From the NCBI GenBank assembly GCA_038230375.1, contig JBBRNJ010000045.1, positions 1 through 64,000 on the forward strand: a stretch of 64,000 nucleotides of DNA, read 5' to 3'. The notes under the pieces are model-generated. The model was not told the DNA's origin. It worked only from the letters and a program-made list of their open reading frames with translations, and searched no databases. Position 1 is the first letter of the stretch. Every line of letters begins with the position of its first letter. The stretch is from Polyangiales bacterium. Its GTDB lineage: Bacteria > Myxococcota_A > Polyangia > Polyangiales > Polyangiaceae. The position numbers and the translations under genes were made by a program. Of the stretch, positions 1 through 10,800 are shown piece after piece.

Positions 1-487
1 CCTCGACTATCGCTGGGCGGACAGCTCCGAGTTCCCGCACAACGAGTTCAGCGTCGCGAAGATCCAGAACAGCAAGGCGTACCTCCAGAGCAACGTCGAG
101 ATCTCCGGCTGGACTGGCGACGTCTTCGTCCGCGGCAACACGGCCTATATGTCGGCGCAGGAGTACACGCCCACGGGTCCGTGGACCGGCACCTCCACCG
201 TCAAGCTTCACCAGGTCGACATCACGGACCCGAAGCACCCCGCGGACTACACGTCGGCCGCGAAGTCCGGCTGGGGCTGGCTCCTCGGCGTCGAAGGCGA
301 CCGCGCCATCCTGACCTCGGGCTGGGGCTCTGGTCTCGACATCTACAAGCTCGGCGCCGCGCAGGCTCCCACCTTCGACCAGTACACGCGTACCCGCGGC
401 TGGTGGTCGAACTCCCTCTCTCGCCAGGACAACACGCTGTTCATCGCGAGCGGCTACTGGGGAGTGCAGTCCGTCGGCCTGAAGTGA
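1..487 (+). CDS. C-terminal part of a probable secreted beta-propeller-domain protein (5' truncated)
   Basis: Frame open from position 2 (LDYRWADSSEF...) to TGA at 487; beta-strand-rich repeats such as KLHQVDITDPKHP and LFIASGYWGVQSV. Confidence 0.55.
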   Translation, partial: LDYRWADSSEFPHNEFSVAKIQNSKAYLQSNVEISGWTGDVFVRGNTAYMSAQEYTPTGPWTGTSTVKLHQVDITDPKHPADYTSAAKSGWGWLLGVEGDRAILTSGWGSGLDIYKLGAAQAPTFDQYTRTRGWWSNSLSRQDNTLFIASGYWGVQSVGLK

Positions 488-530
488 CCCGACGCGCGTG
501 AGCCGGTGAAAGCCGGCTCCGCTTGAACCA

Positions 531-563
531 GAACGCCCTGCTCGGAAACGAGTGGGGCGTTTC
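531..563. terminator. Probable terminator hairpin between convergent genes
   Basis: GAACGCCCTGCTCG-GAAA-CGAGTGGGGCGTTTC stem with GNRA loop; a second hairpin GAGCCGG-N6-CCGGCTC at 500-519. Confidence 0.65.
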
Positions 564-565
564 GC

Positions 566-2809
566 TTAGTGGCGGCGACGCAGCATCATGAAACCGACGG
601 CGACGCCCAGGAGCACGACCAAGATCGCGCCAACGACCGCAGCGACCAGGCGCGTCTTCCCAGGCGGCGGCGCCAGCGGTACCTGACGAACGAGCATGGT
701 GGGCTCTGCCATCGGCCGAGCGTCGGCGTTCGCAATGATGTGCGGCGGCGGCGCGAAGTTCATCGCGGGCGTGCCCGCGCTGATGGGGATATCGATCGGC
801 ATGCCTGGCGATGACACCGGATGCTGCTGCATGGGCGGCGCGTGCTGCGCGCGCATCTGCGCGGAAGGCACGGACGCAGGAACCTGTTGCGGAACGGACT
901 CGCGCGCAGGCGTTGGCATGCGCGCAGCGACCTGCTGCGGTGGAGCGCGCTGAGGGGGGGCTTGGGGAGGGGGGCCTGGGGGAGGCGCGGCTTGGGGAGG
1001 CGCGGCTTGAACGGGGCCTGCGACGGGCGCGTGCCTCACCGAGGTGGGCGGCTCCTTCTCGATCGCTGGAAGCGACATGTCAGGCAGGAAGAACTCACCG
1101 GGCACCGGATCGCTCTTGTCAGGCGGGGCCAGCTTCGGCGGAGGGCGCGACGACGGCACGAGGAGCGGCTCGGTCTGCATCTGCGCCTGCGGTTGGCGCG
1201 GCGGCGGCAGCTTGATCGCCTGAATCTGCGGCTGCACCGGCACCTGCACTGGCGCCTGCATCGACGGCTGCTGCGGCGGAGGCGCAGGCAACGGGTTCGC
1301 TTGCATCGCCGGGGCGGCCTGCCCTCCGGGCTGAGCCGATTGCTGCGCCCCGGCTGACGGAGCGCCAGGTGCGGACCCCATCTGCGCGCGTGCCTTCGCT
1401 TGCGCGCCCGGTGGCGGCATCTGCTTCACCGGCGTGCGCGCGCTCGCGGCCGGGCTCGGGCGCGCGGAGAGGGGCTCGTCGTTGCCCAGTCCCTCGTCCG
1501 TGCTCTTCAGGCGAATCTTCGGCGCCGAGCGACCGGCACCGCCGGGCGAGGACGGGGGCGCAGCCGGAACGCCGGGCAGACGCGAGCTGACGGGACCGCT
1601 GTCGGGGGGAGCGACGCCGACGAGCGTCGACTTCGAGGAGCGAAGGCTGCCGGCGGGCGTCTGGTCCACGCGCTCGCTCGCCATCTTCGGCGGCTTCATG
1701 TCGAGCTGCGTCGCGCCGCCCACGTCGTCATCCGCGTTCGCGAACTCGTCGTTCCAGTCTCCTTCGTTGGACTCGAACTCGGCGCCGAAGCCCGCGTCTT
1801 CGTCTGGCTCCATGCCGGGTACAGAGGCCGCGCGTGGCCTCTGCACCGGAGCGGGCGCCGCTGCAACGGAGGGCAACGGGCGTGCTGCCTCCACGGAAGG
1901 CAGCTTCATCATCTCGGGCGGTGACTGCGCGGGCGCGGGCGCGGGCGCGGGCGGCGGAGCCGGAAGCGTGACGAGCAGTGCGTCGCGCATCGACCGCATG
2001 CTGGGCCAGCGCTCCTTCTTGTCGAAGGCGAGCGCCCGATCGATGACCTCCGCGATGACCGGGTCCACGGTCGGAATGACTGACTTGAGCGAGCGAGCGC
2101 GCTTCGATGCGGCCGCGATCAGTCGGTGCTCGATCGTGGGCGCGGGGTGCACCACCTGGCCTGTGAGCAGCGTGAAGAGGATGGCGCCGACGGACCAGAC
2201 GTCGCTCTGTGCGTCCACGTCGTCTCGCTTGCCGAGCGCTTGCTCCGGCGACATGAACGACGGCGTTCCCATCACCGTGCCGAACACGCTGGACTTGGCG
2301 CGCGCGCCGGAGATGAGCGAGCGCGCGAGCCCGAAGTCGAGGAGCTTCACGGTGCCCTCGTTCGTCAAGAAGACGTTCGTGGGCTTGAGATCGCGGTGAA
2401 TGACGGAGCCCTCGTGCATGGAGACGAGCGCGTCCATCAGGCGCTTGCCGAGCTCCAGCATCTCCGCCGGTGCGACGTAGCCACCACGCGCAACACGCAG
2501 CTGCTCGAGCGTCATGCCGTCGAGCAGCTCCATGACCATGTACGGGCACTTGTCCTGCGTCTTGCCGTCGTCGAGGACCTTCACGATGCCGGGGTGGGAG
2601 ACGGAGTTCGCGAGCGCGCCCTCCGCGAGGAAGCGCTCGACCGCGCCCTCGTCGTCGATGAGGTTTCGATGAAGGACCTTCAGCGCCGCCTTGGCGCCAT
2701 TGCGATGCGTGACGTCGTACACGCTTGCCATCGAGCCCTTGCCGAGCAGACGCTCCACGCGCCATTTCTCGCCAATGGTCTGGCCAATTCTGTCGTCGTC
2801 CGCACCCAT
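566..2809 (-). CDS. Ser/Thr protein kinase with Pro/Ala-rich linker and C-terminal TM helix
   Basis: AALKVL, HRDLKPTN, DFG, GTPSFMSPEQ, DVWSVG; hydrophobic C-terminus followed by RRRH. Confidence 0.93.
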   Translation of the reverse strand: MGADDDRIGQTIGEKWRVERLLGKGSMASVYDVTHRNGAKAALKVLHRNLIDDEGAVERFLAEGALANSVSHPGIVKVLDDGKTQDKCPYMVMELLDGMTLEQLRVARGGYVAPAEMLELGKRLMDALVSMHEGSVIHRDLKPTNVFLTNEGTVKLLDFGLARSLISGARAKSSVFGTVMGTPSFMSPEQALGKRDDVDAQSDVWSVGAILFTLLTGQVVHPAPTIEHRLIAAASKRARSLKSVIPTVDPVIAEVIDRALAFDKKERWPSMRSMRDALLVTLPAPPPAPAPAPAQSPPEMMKLPSVEAARPLPSVAAAPAPVQRPRAASVPGMEPDEDAGFGAEFESNEGDWNDEFANADDDVGGATQLDMKPPKMASERVDQTPAGSLRSSKSTLVGVAPPDSGPVSSRLPGVPAAPPSSPGGAGRSAPKIRLKSTDEGLGNDEPLSARPSPAASARTPVKQMPPPGAQAKARAQMGSAPGAPSAGAQQSAQPGGQAAPAMQANPLPAPPPQQPSMQAPVQVPVQPQIQAIKLPPPRQPQAQMQTEPLLVPSSRPPPKLAPPDKSDPVPGEFFLPDMSLPAIEKEPPTSVRHAPVAGPVQAAPPQAAPPPGPPPQAPPQRAPPQQVAARMPTPARESVPQQVPASVPSAQMRAQHAPPMQQHPVSSPGMPIDIPISAGTPAMNFAPPPHIIANADARPMAEPTMLVRQVPLAPPPGKTRLVAAVVGAILVVLLGVAVGFMMLRRRH

Positions 2810-2923
2810 GCGCGCTCCCAGTGTCTCATCTTACGGAACGGCCGTCCCCGTGAATCATGAGGGTCTCCGGTCCCAGTCCCCTATCGCGCCTTCGCCCCCT
2901 GCGATGGTACGCTCTCAACCCCC

Positions 2924-5521
2924 ATGGCGTCCGAGCAAACGATTCATCTCGAGCGATACGCAACCGACGCGAAGGCCCTCGTGGCTGGCGCCCAATCCCT
3001 TGCCGACGAGCGGAAGCATCCGCAGGTCGAGCCCATCCACTTCCTGACCCGCGCCGTTGACCGCGATCGCGGCGTGGCAGAGGTGTTCAAGAAGGCCGGC
3101 GCTGACCCCTCTGACGTCGCGGCCGAGGCCGAGACTCAGCTCGCGCGGCTGCCGAAGTCGGGGGGTGGGCTGGCCTATCTGTCGACGGCCATGCTCTCCC
3201 TCCTCTCTCGCGCCGAGAAGGAAGCGGACAAGTCTCCGGTCAGCGTGGAGAACCTGCTGAACGCGCTCTCCCAGGAGATCCGCGGGCCCGCGGGCGCCGT
3301 CCTCCAGGCGTTCGCGCTCGGACCCGGGTCGTTCCGCGCACACATGGCCGCGCTGCGGAGCGTGCCTCGCGAGGCGGCATCCTCGTCGACGGTGGGGGGC
3401 GGCACACAGGTGGAGGCGTCGCGCTTCACCCAGGATCTCACCGCGCGCGCGAAGCAGAATGGCTTCGACCCGGTCATCGGCCGCGACAATGAGGTGCGCC
3501 GCCTCGTCCAGATCCTGGAGCGGCGGCAGAAGAACCACCCGCTGCTCGTCGGCGAGCCCGGCGTGGGCAAGACGGCGATCGTCGGCGCCCTTGCGCAGCG
3601 CATCGCCAGCGGCGACGTGCCGCACAACCTGGCGGGCCTCAGCATCCTCGAGCTGGAAGTGGGCACGCTGGTCGCGGGCGCCAAGCTCCGCGGCGAGATC
3701 GAGGAGCGCCTGAAGCAGGTCGTGGGCGCCGTGAAGTCGAAGGACACGGTCCTCTTCATCGACGGCATCGAGTCCCTCTTCTCGCAGGGCGCTGCAGGCA
3801 GCGGCGTTGGCGATCTGCTGAAGCCACTGCTCAGCCGCGGCGAGGTGCGCTTGCTCGCCACGACCACGCCCGAGGGCGTGAAGCGTATGCAGGAGAAGGA
3901 CTCGATCCTGCTGCGTCGCTTCACGCTGCTCACGATCGATCCGCCCACGCCGGAGGGGGCCATCGAGATCCTGCGCGGTATCGCCACGCGCTACGAGACG
4001 CACCACAAGGTGCAGATCGGCGATCCCGCCGTGACGGCCGCGGTGCGCCTCGCGAAGCGTTACCTGCAGGACCGCGCGCTGCCCGACAACGCCGTGGACC
4101 TGCTGGACGAGGCCGCCGCACGCAAGCGCGTGGAGATCGACGGCCTGCCCGCGCCCGTGGACCTGGCCATTCGCAGGCTTGCGTCCATCAAGGCGCAGCT
4201 CGCTGGCCTTCTGGACGACGACGACGCGATGAGCATGAAGACGAAGGAGCGCCTGGAAAAAGAGGCGAAGGAGCTCGAGCCGTCCGTCTCCGTGATGCGC
4301 GCCAAGCTCGACTCGCGCCGCGGCGCCATCGCAGCGCAGGCTGCATTGCGTGAAGAATACAACAAGATGAACGCCGAGCTCGAAGAGGCGCGGAAGGCGC
4401 AGAACTTCGCGAAGCTCGGCGAGCTGGAGCACGTGCAGATCCCCGACGTGAAGCGCAGGCTGGATGCCGCCGATGCCGCCGTGTCGAAGGAGGGGCTGGT
4501 CCCAGCGCAGACGCGGGTCGTGACCGAGCAGGACGTTGCGGCGGTGCTCGGCGACTGGACGGGCATCCCGGTCGCGAAGATGCTCGAGGCCGAATCCGAG
4601 AAGCTCTTGAAGATGGAAGCGCGCCTCAGTGCGCGCGTCGTGGGCCAGGAAGAGGCCGTGCGCGCCGTGTCGCGCGCAGTCCGTCGCGGCCGCGTGGGTC
4701 TGCGCGACCCGGGCAAGCCGATCGGCAGCTTCCTGTTCCTGGGCCCGTCAGGCGTGGGCAAGACGGAGCTCGCGAAGGCGCTTGCTGAGTTCCTCTTCGA
4801 CGACGAAGCAGCCATGACCCGCCTCGACATGAGCGAGTTCATGGAGAAGCACATGGCGCAGCGCCTCGTAGGGGCGCCGCCTGGCTACGTGGACAGTGAG
4901 GAGGGCGGCTTCTTGACGGAGGCCGTTCGTCGCAAGCCCTACAGCGTGCTCCTCTTCGACGAGGTGGAGAAGGCGCACCAGGACGTCTTCAACTTGCTCC
5001 TGCAGGTGCTCGACGACGGGCGCCTCACGGACGGGCGCGGTCGTACCGCGGACTTCTCGAACACCGTCGTCATCATGACGAGCAACATCGGCTCGCAGCG
5101 CATCCTCGAGACCGATCCGAAGCTCTTCGAGTCTCCCGAAGGACGCGACGCGCTCCGCGACGTGCTCCGCGACGAGCTGAAGAACTTTCTCCGGCCGGAG
5201 TTCTTGAACCGCATCGACGACGTCGTCATCTTCCGTCCGCTCTCCAAGGACGACCTGCGCGGCATCGTGGACATCCAGCTGCGTCGCCTCGAGAAGCTCC
5301 TCACCGATCGCGAGCTGAAGCTCGATCTGACGGAGAGCGCCAAGCGGAAGCTCGTCGATCTGGGCTACGAGCCCGCGTTCGGCGCGCGTCCCCTGAAGCG
5401 CGCCATCCTGAAGAGCATCCAGGATCCGCTCGCCGAGGAGATCCTGGCGGGAGGCTACGCCGTTGGCGCCACGGTGAAGGTGGACGTACAGAACGACGAG
5501 TTCAAGTTCGAGAAGGCCTAG
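2924..5521 (+). CDS. clpB: ClpB-like AAA+ chaperone with degenerate NBD1
   Basis: Clp N-domain, DPVIGRD, GEPGVGKT, long coiled-coil M-domain, GPSGVGKTELAK, LLFDEVEKAH, RPEFLNRID, FGARPLKR. Confidence 0.85.
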   Translation: MASEQTIHLERYATDAKALVAGAQSLADERKHPQVEPIHFLTRAVDRDRGVAEVFKKAGADPSDVAAEAETQLARLPKSGGGLAYLSTAMLSLLSRAEKEADKSPVSVENLLNALSQEIRGPAGAVLQAFALGPGSFRAHMAALRSVPREAASSSTVGGGTQVEASRFTQDLTARAKQNGFDPVIGRDNEVRRLVQILERRQKNHPLLVGEPGVGKTAIVGALAQRIASGDVPHNLAGLSILELEVGTLVAGAKLRGEIEERLKQVVGAVKSKDTVLFIDGIESLFSQGAAGSGVGDLLKPLLSRGEVRLLATTTPEGVKRMQEKDSILLRRFTLLTIDPPTPEGAIEILRGIATRYETHHKVQIGDPAVTAAVRLAKRYLQDRALPDNAVDLLDEAAARKRVEIDGLPAPVDLAIRRLASIKAQLAGLLDDDDAMSMKTKERLEKEAKELEPSVSVMRAKLDSRRGAIAAQAALREEYNKMNAELEEARKAQNFAKLGELEHVQIPDVKRRLDAADAAVSKEGLVPAQTRVVTEQDVAAVLGDWTGIPVAKMLEAESEKLLKMEARLSARVVGQEEAVRAVSRAVRRGRVGLRDPGKPIGSFLFLGPSGVGKTELAKALAEFLFDDEAAMTRLDMSEFMEKHMAQRLVGAPPGYVDSEEGGFLTEAVRRKPYSVLLFDEVEKAHQDVFNLLLQVLDDGRLTDGRGRTADFSNTVVIMTSNIGSQRILETDPKLFESPEGRDALRDVLRDELKNFLRPEFLNRIDDVVIFRPLSKDDLRGIVDIQLRRLEKLLTDRELKLDLTESAKRKLVDLGYEPAFGARPLKRAILKSIQDPLAEEILAGGYAVGATVKVDVQNDEFKFEKA

Positions 5522-5536
5522 GAGGGTCCAGCACCC

Positions 5537-7033
5537 ATGCGCGTTCATTTCGTCGGTGTGTCCGGCACGGGCATGGGCTCGCTCGCGCTCCTCTATCGCG
5601 CGCAAGGCCACGAGGTGACCGGGTCGGACTCATCGTTCGATCCGCCGATGGGCCCCACGCTCCTCGCAAATGGCGTCACCTGCTTCACGGGCTACTCGAA
5701 GGACCACCTCTTCCCGCGGCCCGATGTGACCATCGTGGGCAACGCGATCCGCAGCGAGAACGAGGAGGCGGCCCACGTCCGCGACAACCACCTGCACGCG
5801 GAGAGCATGTCCGGTGCGCTGCGCGCTCACTTCCTTGCGCACCATCGCCCGCTCGTCGTCACCGGCACGCACGGCAAGACCACCACGTCCGCGATGGCGG
5901 CGTGGGTGCTTCACCGCGCAGGGCAAAATCCAGGGTATTTCATTGGCGGCATCCCGAAGAACTTCCCGTCGGGCGCGGGCCTTGGCGAGACGAAGCGGAA
6001 GCTCGCGTCCAGTGGCAAGGAGGTCGCGCTGCCCGGCGCGGCGCCGCCGTTCGTCGTCGAGGGCGACGAGTACGATTCGGTCTACTGGCGCAAGAAGCCC
6101 AAGTTCCTGGACTACGTCGGTGTCGGTCAACACGACGTGGTGCTGCTCACGAGCGTGGAGCACGATCACGTGGACATCTACCCCACGGCCGCCGCGTACG
6201 AGGACGGCTTTCGCGAGATGGTCGCGCTCATCCCTGAGGGTGGGCTCCTGGTCGTGGATGCGCGTGACCCGCGCGCGCGGCACCTCGCGAAGGAGTGCAA
6301 GGCGAAGGTCGTGTACTACGCGCTCGACGGCGACGACACGGGCGACGTGACCCCCACGTGGCTCGGCGCCGTCGTCGGGGATGCGGCGCACGCTGCGGAG
6401 GCGGGCGGGCTGACCGAGAGCCGTGAGGTCCAGTCGTTCGACTTGTTCATCGGCGGCATGTCGTGCGGGCGCCTCGCGCTCAAGGTGCCCGGCGCGCACA
6501 ACGTCCGAAACGCGATTGGCGCCATGGCCGCGTGCTGCGAGGCCTTCGGCGTGAAGGTCGCAGACGCGCGCTCTGCCCTTGCCGAGTTCGACGGGGTGCG
6601 ACGGCGACAGGATCTCCTCGGTGTGCCCTCCGGTGTTCACATCTACGACGACTTCGCGCACCACCCCACCGCCGTGGACGAGACGCTGCGGGCCCTGAAA
6701 TCACGGCACCCGAAGGGCGCGCTCTTCGCGATCTTCGAGCCGCGGTCCGCGACGGCATGTCGCGCGCTCCATCAAGAAGAGTATGTGGGCGCATTCAGCG
6801 CCGCGGAGCATGTGATCTTCGCGCCGCTCGGCCGCACCAACATCCCCCAGAATGAGCGGCTCGATCTGGACAAGCTGGCGGCGCGCCTGGGGCCCAAGGC
6901 GCTCTGCGCGAAGGATCCGGACGAGATCATCGCGTACGTGAAGACCCACGCGAAGTCGGGCGACACGGTCGCGCTGCTCTCCAATGGAGCGTTCGGCGGC
7001 ATCCACCAGAAGATGCTGACCGCGCTCACCTAG
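5537..7033 (+). CDS. mpl: Murein peptide ligase (Mpl/MurC family)
   Basis: HFVGVSGTGMGSLA, GTHGKTTT, EGDEYDS, FDGVRRR, DDFAHHPTA, FEPRS, LSNGAFGGIH. Confidence 0.88.
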   Translation: MRVHFVGVSGTGMGSLALLYRAQGHEVTGSDSSFDPPMGPTLLANGVTCFTGYSKDHLFPRPDVTIVGNAIRSENEEAAHVRDNHLHAESMSGALRAHFLAHHRPLVVTGTHGKTTTSAMAAWVLHRAGQNPGYFIGGIPKNFPSGAGLGETKRKLASSGKEVALPGAAPPFVVEGDEYDSVYWRKKPKFLDYVGVGQHDVVLLTSVEHDHVDIYPTAAAYEDGFREMVALIPEGGLLVVDARDPRARHLAKECKAKVVYYALDGDDTGDVTPTWLGAVVGDAAHAAEAGGLTESREVQSFDLFIGGMSCGRLALKVPGAHNVRNAIGAMAACCEAFGVKVADARSALAEFDGVRRRQDLLGVPSGVHIYDDFAHHPTAVDETLRALKSRHPKGALFAIFEPRSATACRALHQEEYVGAFSAAEHVIFAPLGRTNIPQNERLDLDKLAARLGPKALCAKDPDEIIAYVKTHAKSGDTVALLSNGAFGGIHQKMLTALT

Positions 7034-7042
7034 CGTCAGAAA

Positions 7043-7079
7043 TGTAAGAGCGCGTGTAAGAGCGCGTGTTAAGAGCGCA
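7043..7079 (+). repeat. 12-bp tandem repeat TGTAAGAGCGCG (2 exact + 1 variant)
   Basis: tgtaagagcgcg tgtaagagcgcg tgttaagagcgca fills most of the mpl-suhB spacer. Confidence 0.9.
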
Positions 7080-7081
7080 CC

Positions 7082-7885
7082 ATGGCCTTCCTGGACACCC
7101 CTGCGGAGCTCGCCGAGATCGCGAAGATCGCCACCGCGGCGGCACGCGAGGCTGGCGATTTTCTGATGACGGGTCACCGCACGAACGTCACGATCGAACA
7201 CAAATCCAGCCGCACGGACCTGGTCACCAAGTTCGACCGCGAGAGCGAGGCGCTGCTCAAGAAGGCGCTCGCGAAGACCGGCGTTGCTGTGGTGGGAGAA
7301 GAGACAGGCGGGGCAGCTGCACCGCGCATGTTCTTCGTGGACCCGCTCGACGGCACCACGAACTACGCGCACGGGCATCCGTGGTTCTCCGTGTCCGTGG
7401 GCCTTGTGGAAAACGGCGAACCCGTCTTCGGCGTGGTGCACGCCCCGGCGCTCGGCATCACGTGGACTGGAGGCGTGGGGATTCCTGCGATGCGAAACGA
7501 TGCGCCCGCACGCGTGAGCGGGATCGCTGCGCTCGAGGACGCGTGCCTTGCCACGGGCTTTCCGTCAGACCGGCACACGAACCCGGCGCTCGCCAACTTC
7601 ACCGAGTTCCTGCACATGAAGGCGCGGGTGCAGGCCATCCGGCGCTGCGGGTCTGCGGCGCTCGACATGTGCCTCGTGGCCGACGGCACGTACGAAGGCT
7701 ACTGGGAGCTGGTGCATCCGTGGGACATGGCGGGCGGCGCGGCGATCGTGCGCGCGGCGGGCGGCAACGTCACGTCGCTGGACGGCTCGCCCATGCGCTT
7801 CGCGCGAAACCACGTCCTTGCCACCAACGGCAAGCTGCACGACGCACTGGTCCGCGAGCTCGCCGCTGCACGCCCCGCAACGTAG
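7082..7885 (+). CDS. suhB: Inositol monophosphatase family protein
   Basis: DLVT, GEE, DPLDGTTNY, RRCGSAALD, WDMAGG. Confidence 0.85.
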   Translation: MAFLDTPAELAEIAKIATAAAREAGDFLMTGHRTNVTIEHKSSRTDLVTKFDRESEALLKKALAKTGVAVVGEETGGAAAPRMFFVDPLDGTTNYAHGHPWFSVSVGLVENGEPVFGVVHAPALGITWTGGVGIPAMRNDAPARVSGIAALEDACLATGFPSDRHTNPALANFTEFLHMKARVQAIRRCGSAALDMCLVADGTYEGYWELVHPWDMAGGAAIVRAAGGNVTSLDGSPMRFARNHVLATNGKLHDALVRELAAARPAT

Positions 7886-7896
7886 GCGCAGGCAGG

Positions 7897-10800
7897 TCAG
7901 GCCGGTGGGGACAGCGAGAGCGCGCGCAACGCCTGGTCCGCCTCTTCGGCGAACATGCGTCCGCCCGTCTCTTCTGCCAGCGCGATGAGCTTGTCGAGCT
8001 CCTTCTTTGCCGCGTCGCCGTTGCCGCTCCGCAGGTGCAGCTCGGCGAGCAGCCGCCGACCACCGAGCGTGTCCCAGGAGTAACCGTTCGCCTCCGCGTA
8101 CGCGATGCCGTTCGCAAGCGCGCGCTCTGCGTCCTTGTCGCCAGCCAACGCGTCCAGGAACCCGAGCGCCATGCGCACCTGGTTGCCAAGGCGATCGAAG
8201 CCGCCTTCGTCGCATGACGCGAGGGACTGCTTCAGCGCGCCGTACGCGCGCGGATGGTCGCCAAGGCGCACGAGGATCTCGCCCAGGTGATAGAGGTTCT
8301 CCGCGACCTCGTACGAGATCCCGTGCTGACGTCCCAGCTCCACGGCCTCTTCCGCATACGCGGCGGCCGCGCGGAAATCGCGCGCGAAATACGCGACAAG
8401 CGAGCGCACGTGCTCGCGTTCGCAGGCCGCCGGACCATCCAGGCCGAGCGCATCCGCGCGGGCGAGGAAGCTGCGCGCCGTGGCACCGTCACCAGTGGCG
8501 GCGTTCGCGTGCGCGAGGCTCAAGAACAGCTTGTGCTCCTCGAGCTTGTCGCTGGCCTTCGCTGGAAGGTTGGTCACGCGTGAGAGCGTGGTGAGGGCGC
8601 TCCGCCAATCGCCCTTCTGGCTGGCCAGCTCTGCGGCGGACACGAGCGCCTCGTGGAGAAGGTCGTAGCGATCACCGGCGATGTACTCGGCCTGCGAGAA
8701 CTGAGCCTTCGCAGCGTCGAACGAGCTGAGCGCGGAGAGCAGACGCCCAGCCTCGATGCGTGCGCGCACGCGCATGCGCAGGTCTCCTGCGTTGTCGACG
8801 GCGGAGATGACGCGTTCGCACATGGCCTCTGCTTCGGGCGCCGCGCGAACGTGCCGCACCGCAGCTGCGAGACCGGTGAGCCACGTGAGCAGCGTCTTTG
8901 CGTCCGCGGACTTGTTGTCGGCAAGGTCGATCGCGCGCGAGAAATCGCGGGCCGCCGCGTCCAGGTTGCGGTTGGAGAGATGCGCCGTGCCGCTCTGTCC
9001 AAAGTAGACGGCAGCGCGTTCACGATCGCCGGCCTCGTACAGGTGCGCGGCGATCCGCGATGCGTGCTCCGGCACGGCGCCCGCCACCACGATGAGCGCA
9101 TCACCCGCGGCGGCGTGCATGGCGCGCGCGCCGTCGCCTGGGATCGCGTCGGCCACGAGCTCGCGCACGCTGGGTGACTTGAACACCACCTCGACGGGGC
9201 CGGTGTGAACCACGAAGTCCGCGCGCTCCAGCCGCAAGATGATCGACTCCAGGCGAGAGATGGGCTGCGCCGTCATGTGCGCGAGCACCTCCAGGTTCAC
9301 CGGGTCGCCAAGGACGGATGCCGCTTGCAGCGCGGCGCGCGCGGGCGCATCCAGACGCGACACGCGCGACGCGACCAGACCGCGCAGCGTCTTTGGCAGC
9401 GCCAGCTCTTGTCCGACGAGCCGCATGGAGAGGACATGGCCCTTTGCGATCGTGATGGCGCGTGCGTCCGACAGCGCACGCAGGACCTCCTCGATGAACT
9501 GCGGGTGCCCGCCCGCGCGCTCGCGTACGAAGCGCAGAAGCTCCTGCGGCGGTCGGTCCACGCCCAGGCGCGCGGCAATCAGGCGCTCCACGTCCGCGGC
9601 GGGGAGGTCCGTGAGATCCAGCGCCGTGTGCCTCACGCCGTCCGCGATGGCGTGGGTGTAGCCTCCGCGCGCCGCGAACGTGAACACCACGCGCGAGCCG
9701 GCGAGCTTGGTGAACGCGTACGAGATGATCGCGTAGCTCTCCTGGTCCAGGGCGTGGGCGTCGTCCCAGACGAACACGTGCGGCCGGTCCTCCGACAGGC
9801 TCTGCACGATCCGGATGAAGCCAGAGCGCAGGCTGTCCGTCATGGTGCCGCCGCTCTTGCGACGCGCTTCATTACCCCCGTCGGAGGGCTCGCTGGCCTC
9901 GCCCACGCCGAGCGCGTCCATGGTGGCGATCACCTCTTCGTCGGACAGGCCCACGGCGCGCAGACGCGGGCGCACGGAGCGCACGAGCTCGGGCGGGTCC
10001 GACTCGTCCACGCCACACAATGATTGCAACATACACACAATGCCGGAGAGCGGATGCTCTGCGCCACGCGGCGGGCACGTGGCCACGTAGAAGCCCACGT
10101 TGTAACCGAGCTTGCCCAGGCGGCGCTCGATCTCCACCAGGATGCGCGTCTTGCCGATGCCGTGCTCGCCGCGGATGGTGAGCGCCTGCGCGCTGCGCTT
10201 GGACGCGTCCGCCAGCACCGTGCCAATGACGCGCAGCTCTTCGCGACGACCAATGAAGCGACCGAACGCCTCGCTGGGGTCGCGCACGTTGCGCACCAGG
10301 AAGGTGGAGGACGTGGAGAGACCAGGAGGCGCGTCGGTGAGCGTCTCGAACACGAACGTGGAGCGCACCTGCCTCACGGCGAACGCGGAGATGGCGACGC
10401 GCCCCTCCTTCGCGCGGGCCAGATCGCGCGCGGTGGCGATCACGCTCTGCAGGCGCTCGTCCTCCGTGGGCTCGCCCGTCTGCGAGACATGAATGCGTGC
10501 AGAGTGCATGCCTGCGCTGGGCCGCTGGCTGCCGTGCGGATTGCGGACGACCATGAGCGCGGCGCGCGCCGCCATCTCCGTGTCGCGGCCGTCCGGCTCC
10601 ATGAGCCCGAACAACGCGGTGACCTGCGCCGGATCGCGCGAGTAGATGCGGCCGCCATAGCGCTCGAGCGCCGCGGCGACGCGCTCCTGGAACGCCGGTG
10701 CATCGCGGGTTCCAGCGCTGACGACGAGCGCGGTGACCTCGCGCCGCTCGCCGAGCGCCGCCGTGGCCTCGAGGTCGACGGACTTTGGGCCGGCCTCCAT

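Noticed and set aside
2924..5521. T6SS ClpV
   Set aside because: Has a full ClpB-type M-domain and no T6SS neighbours
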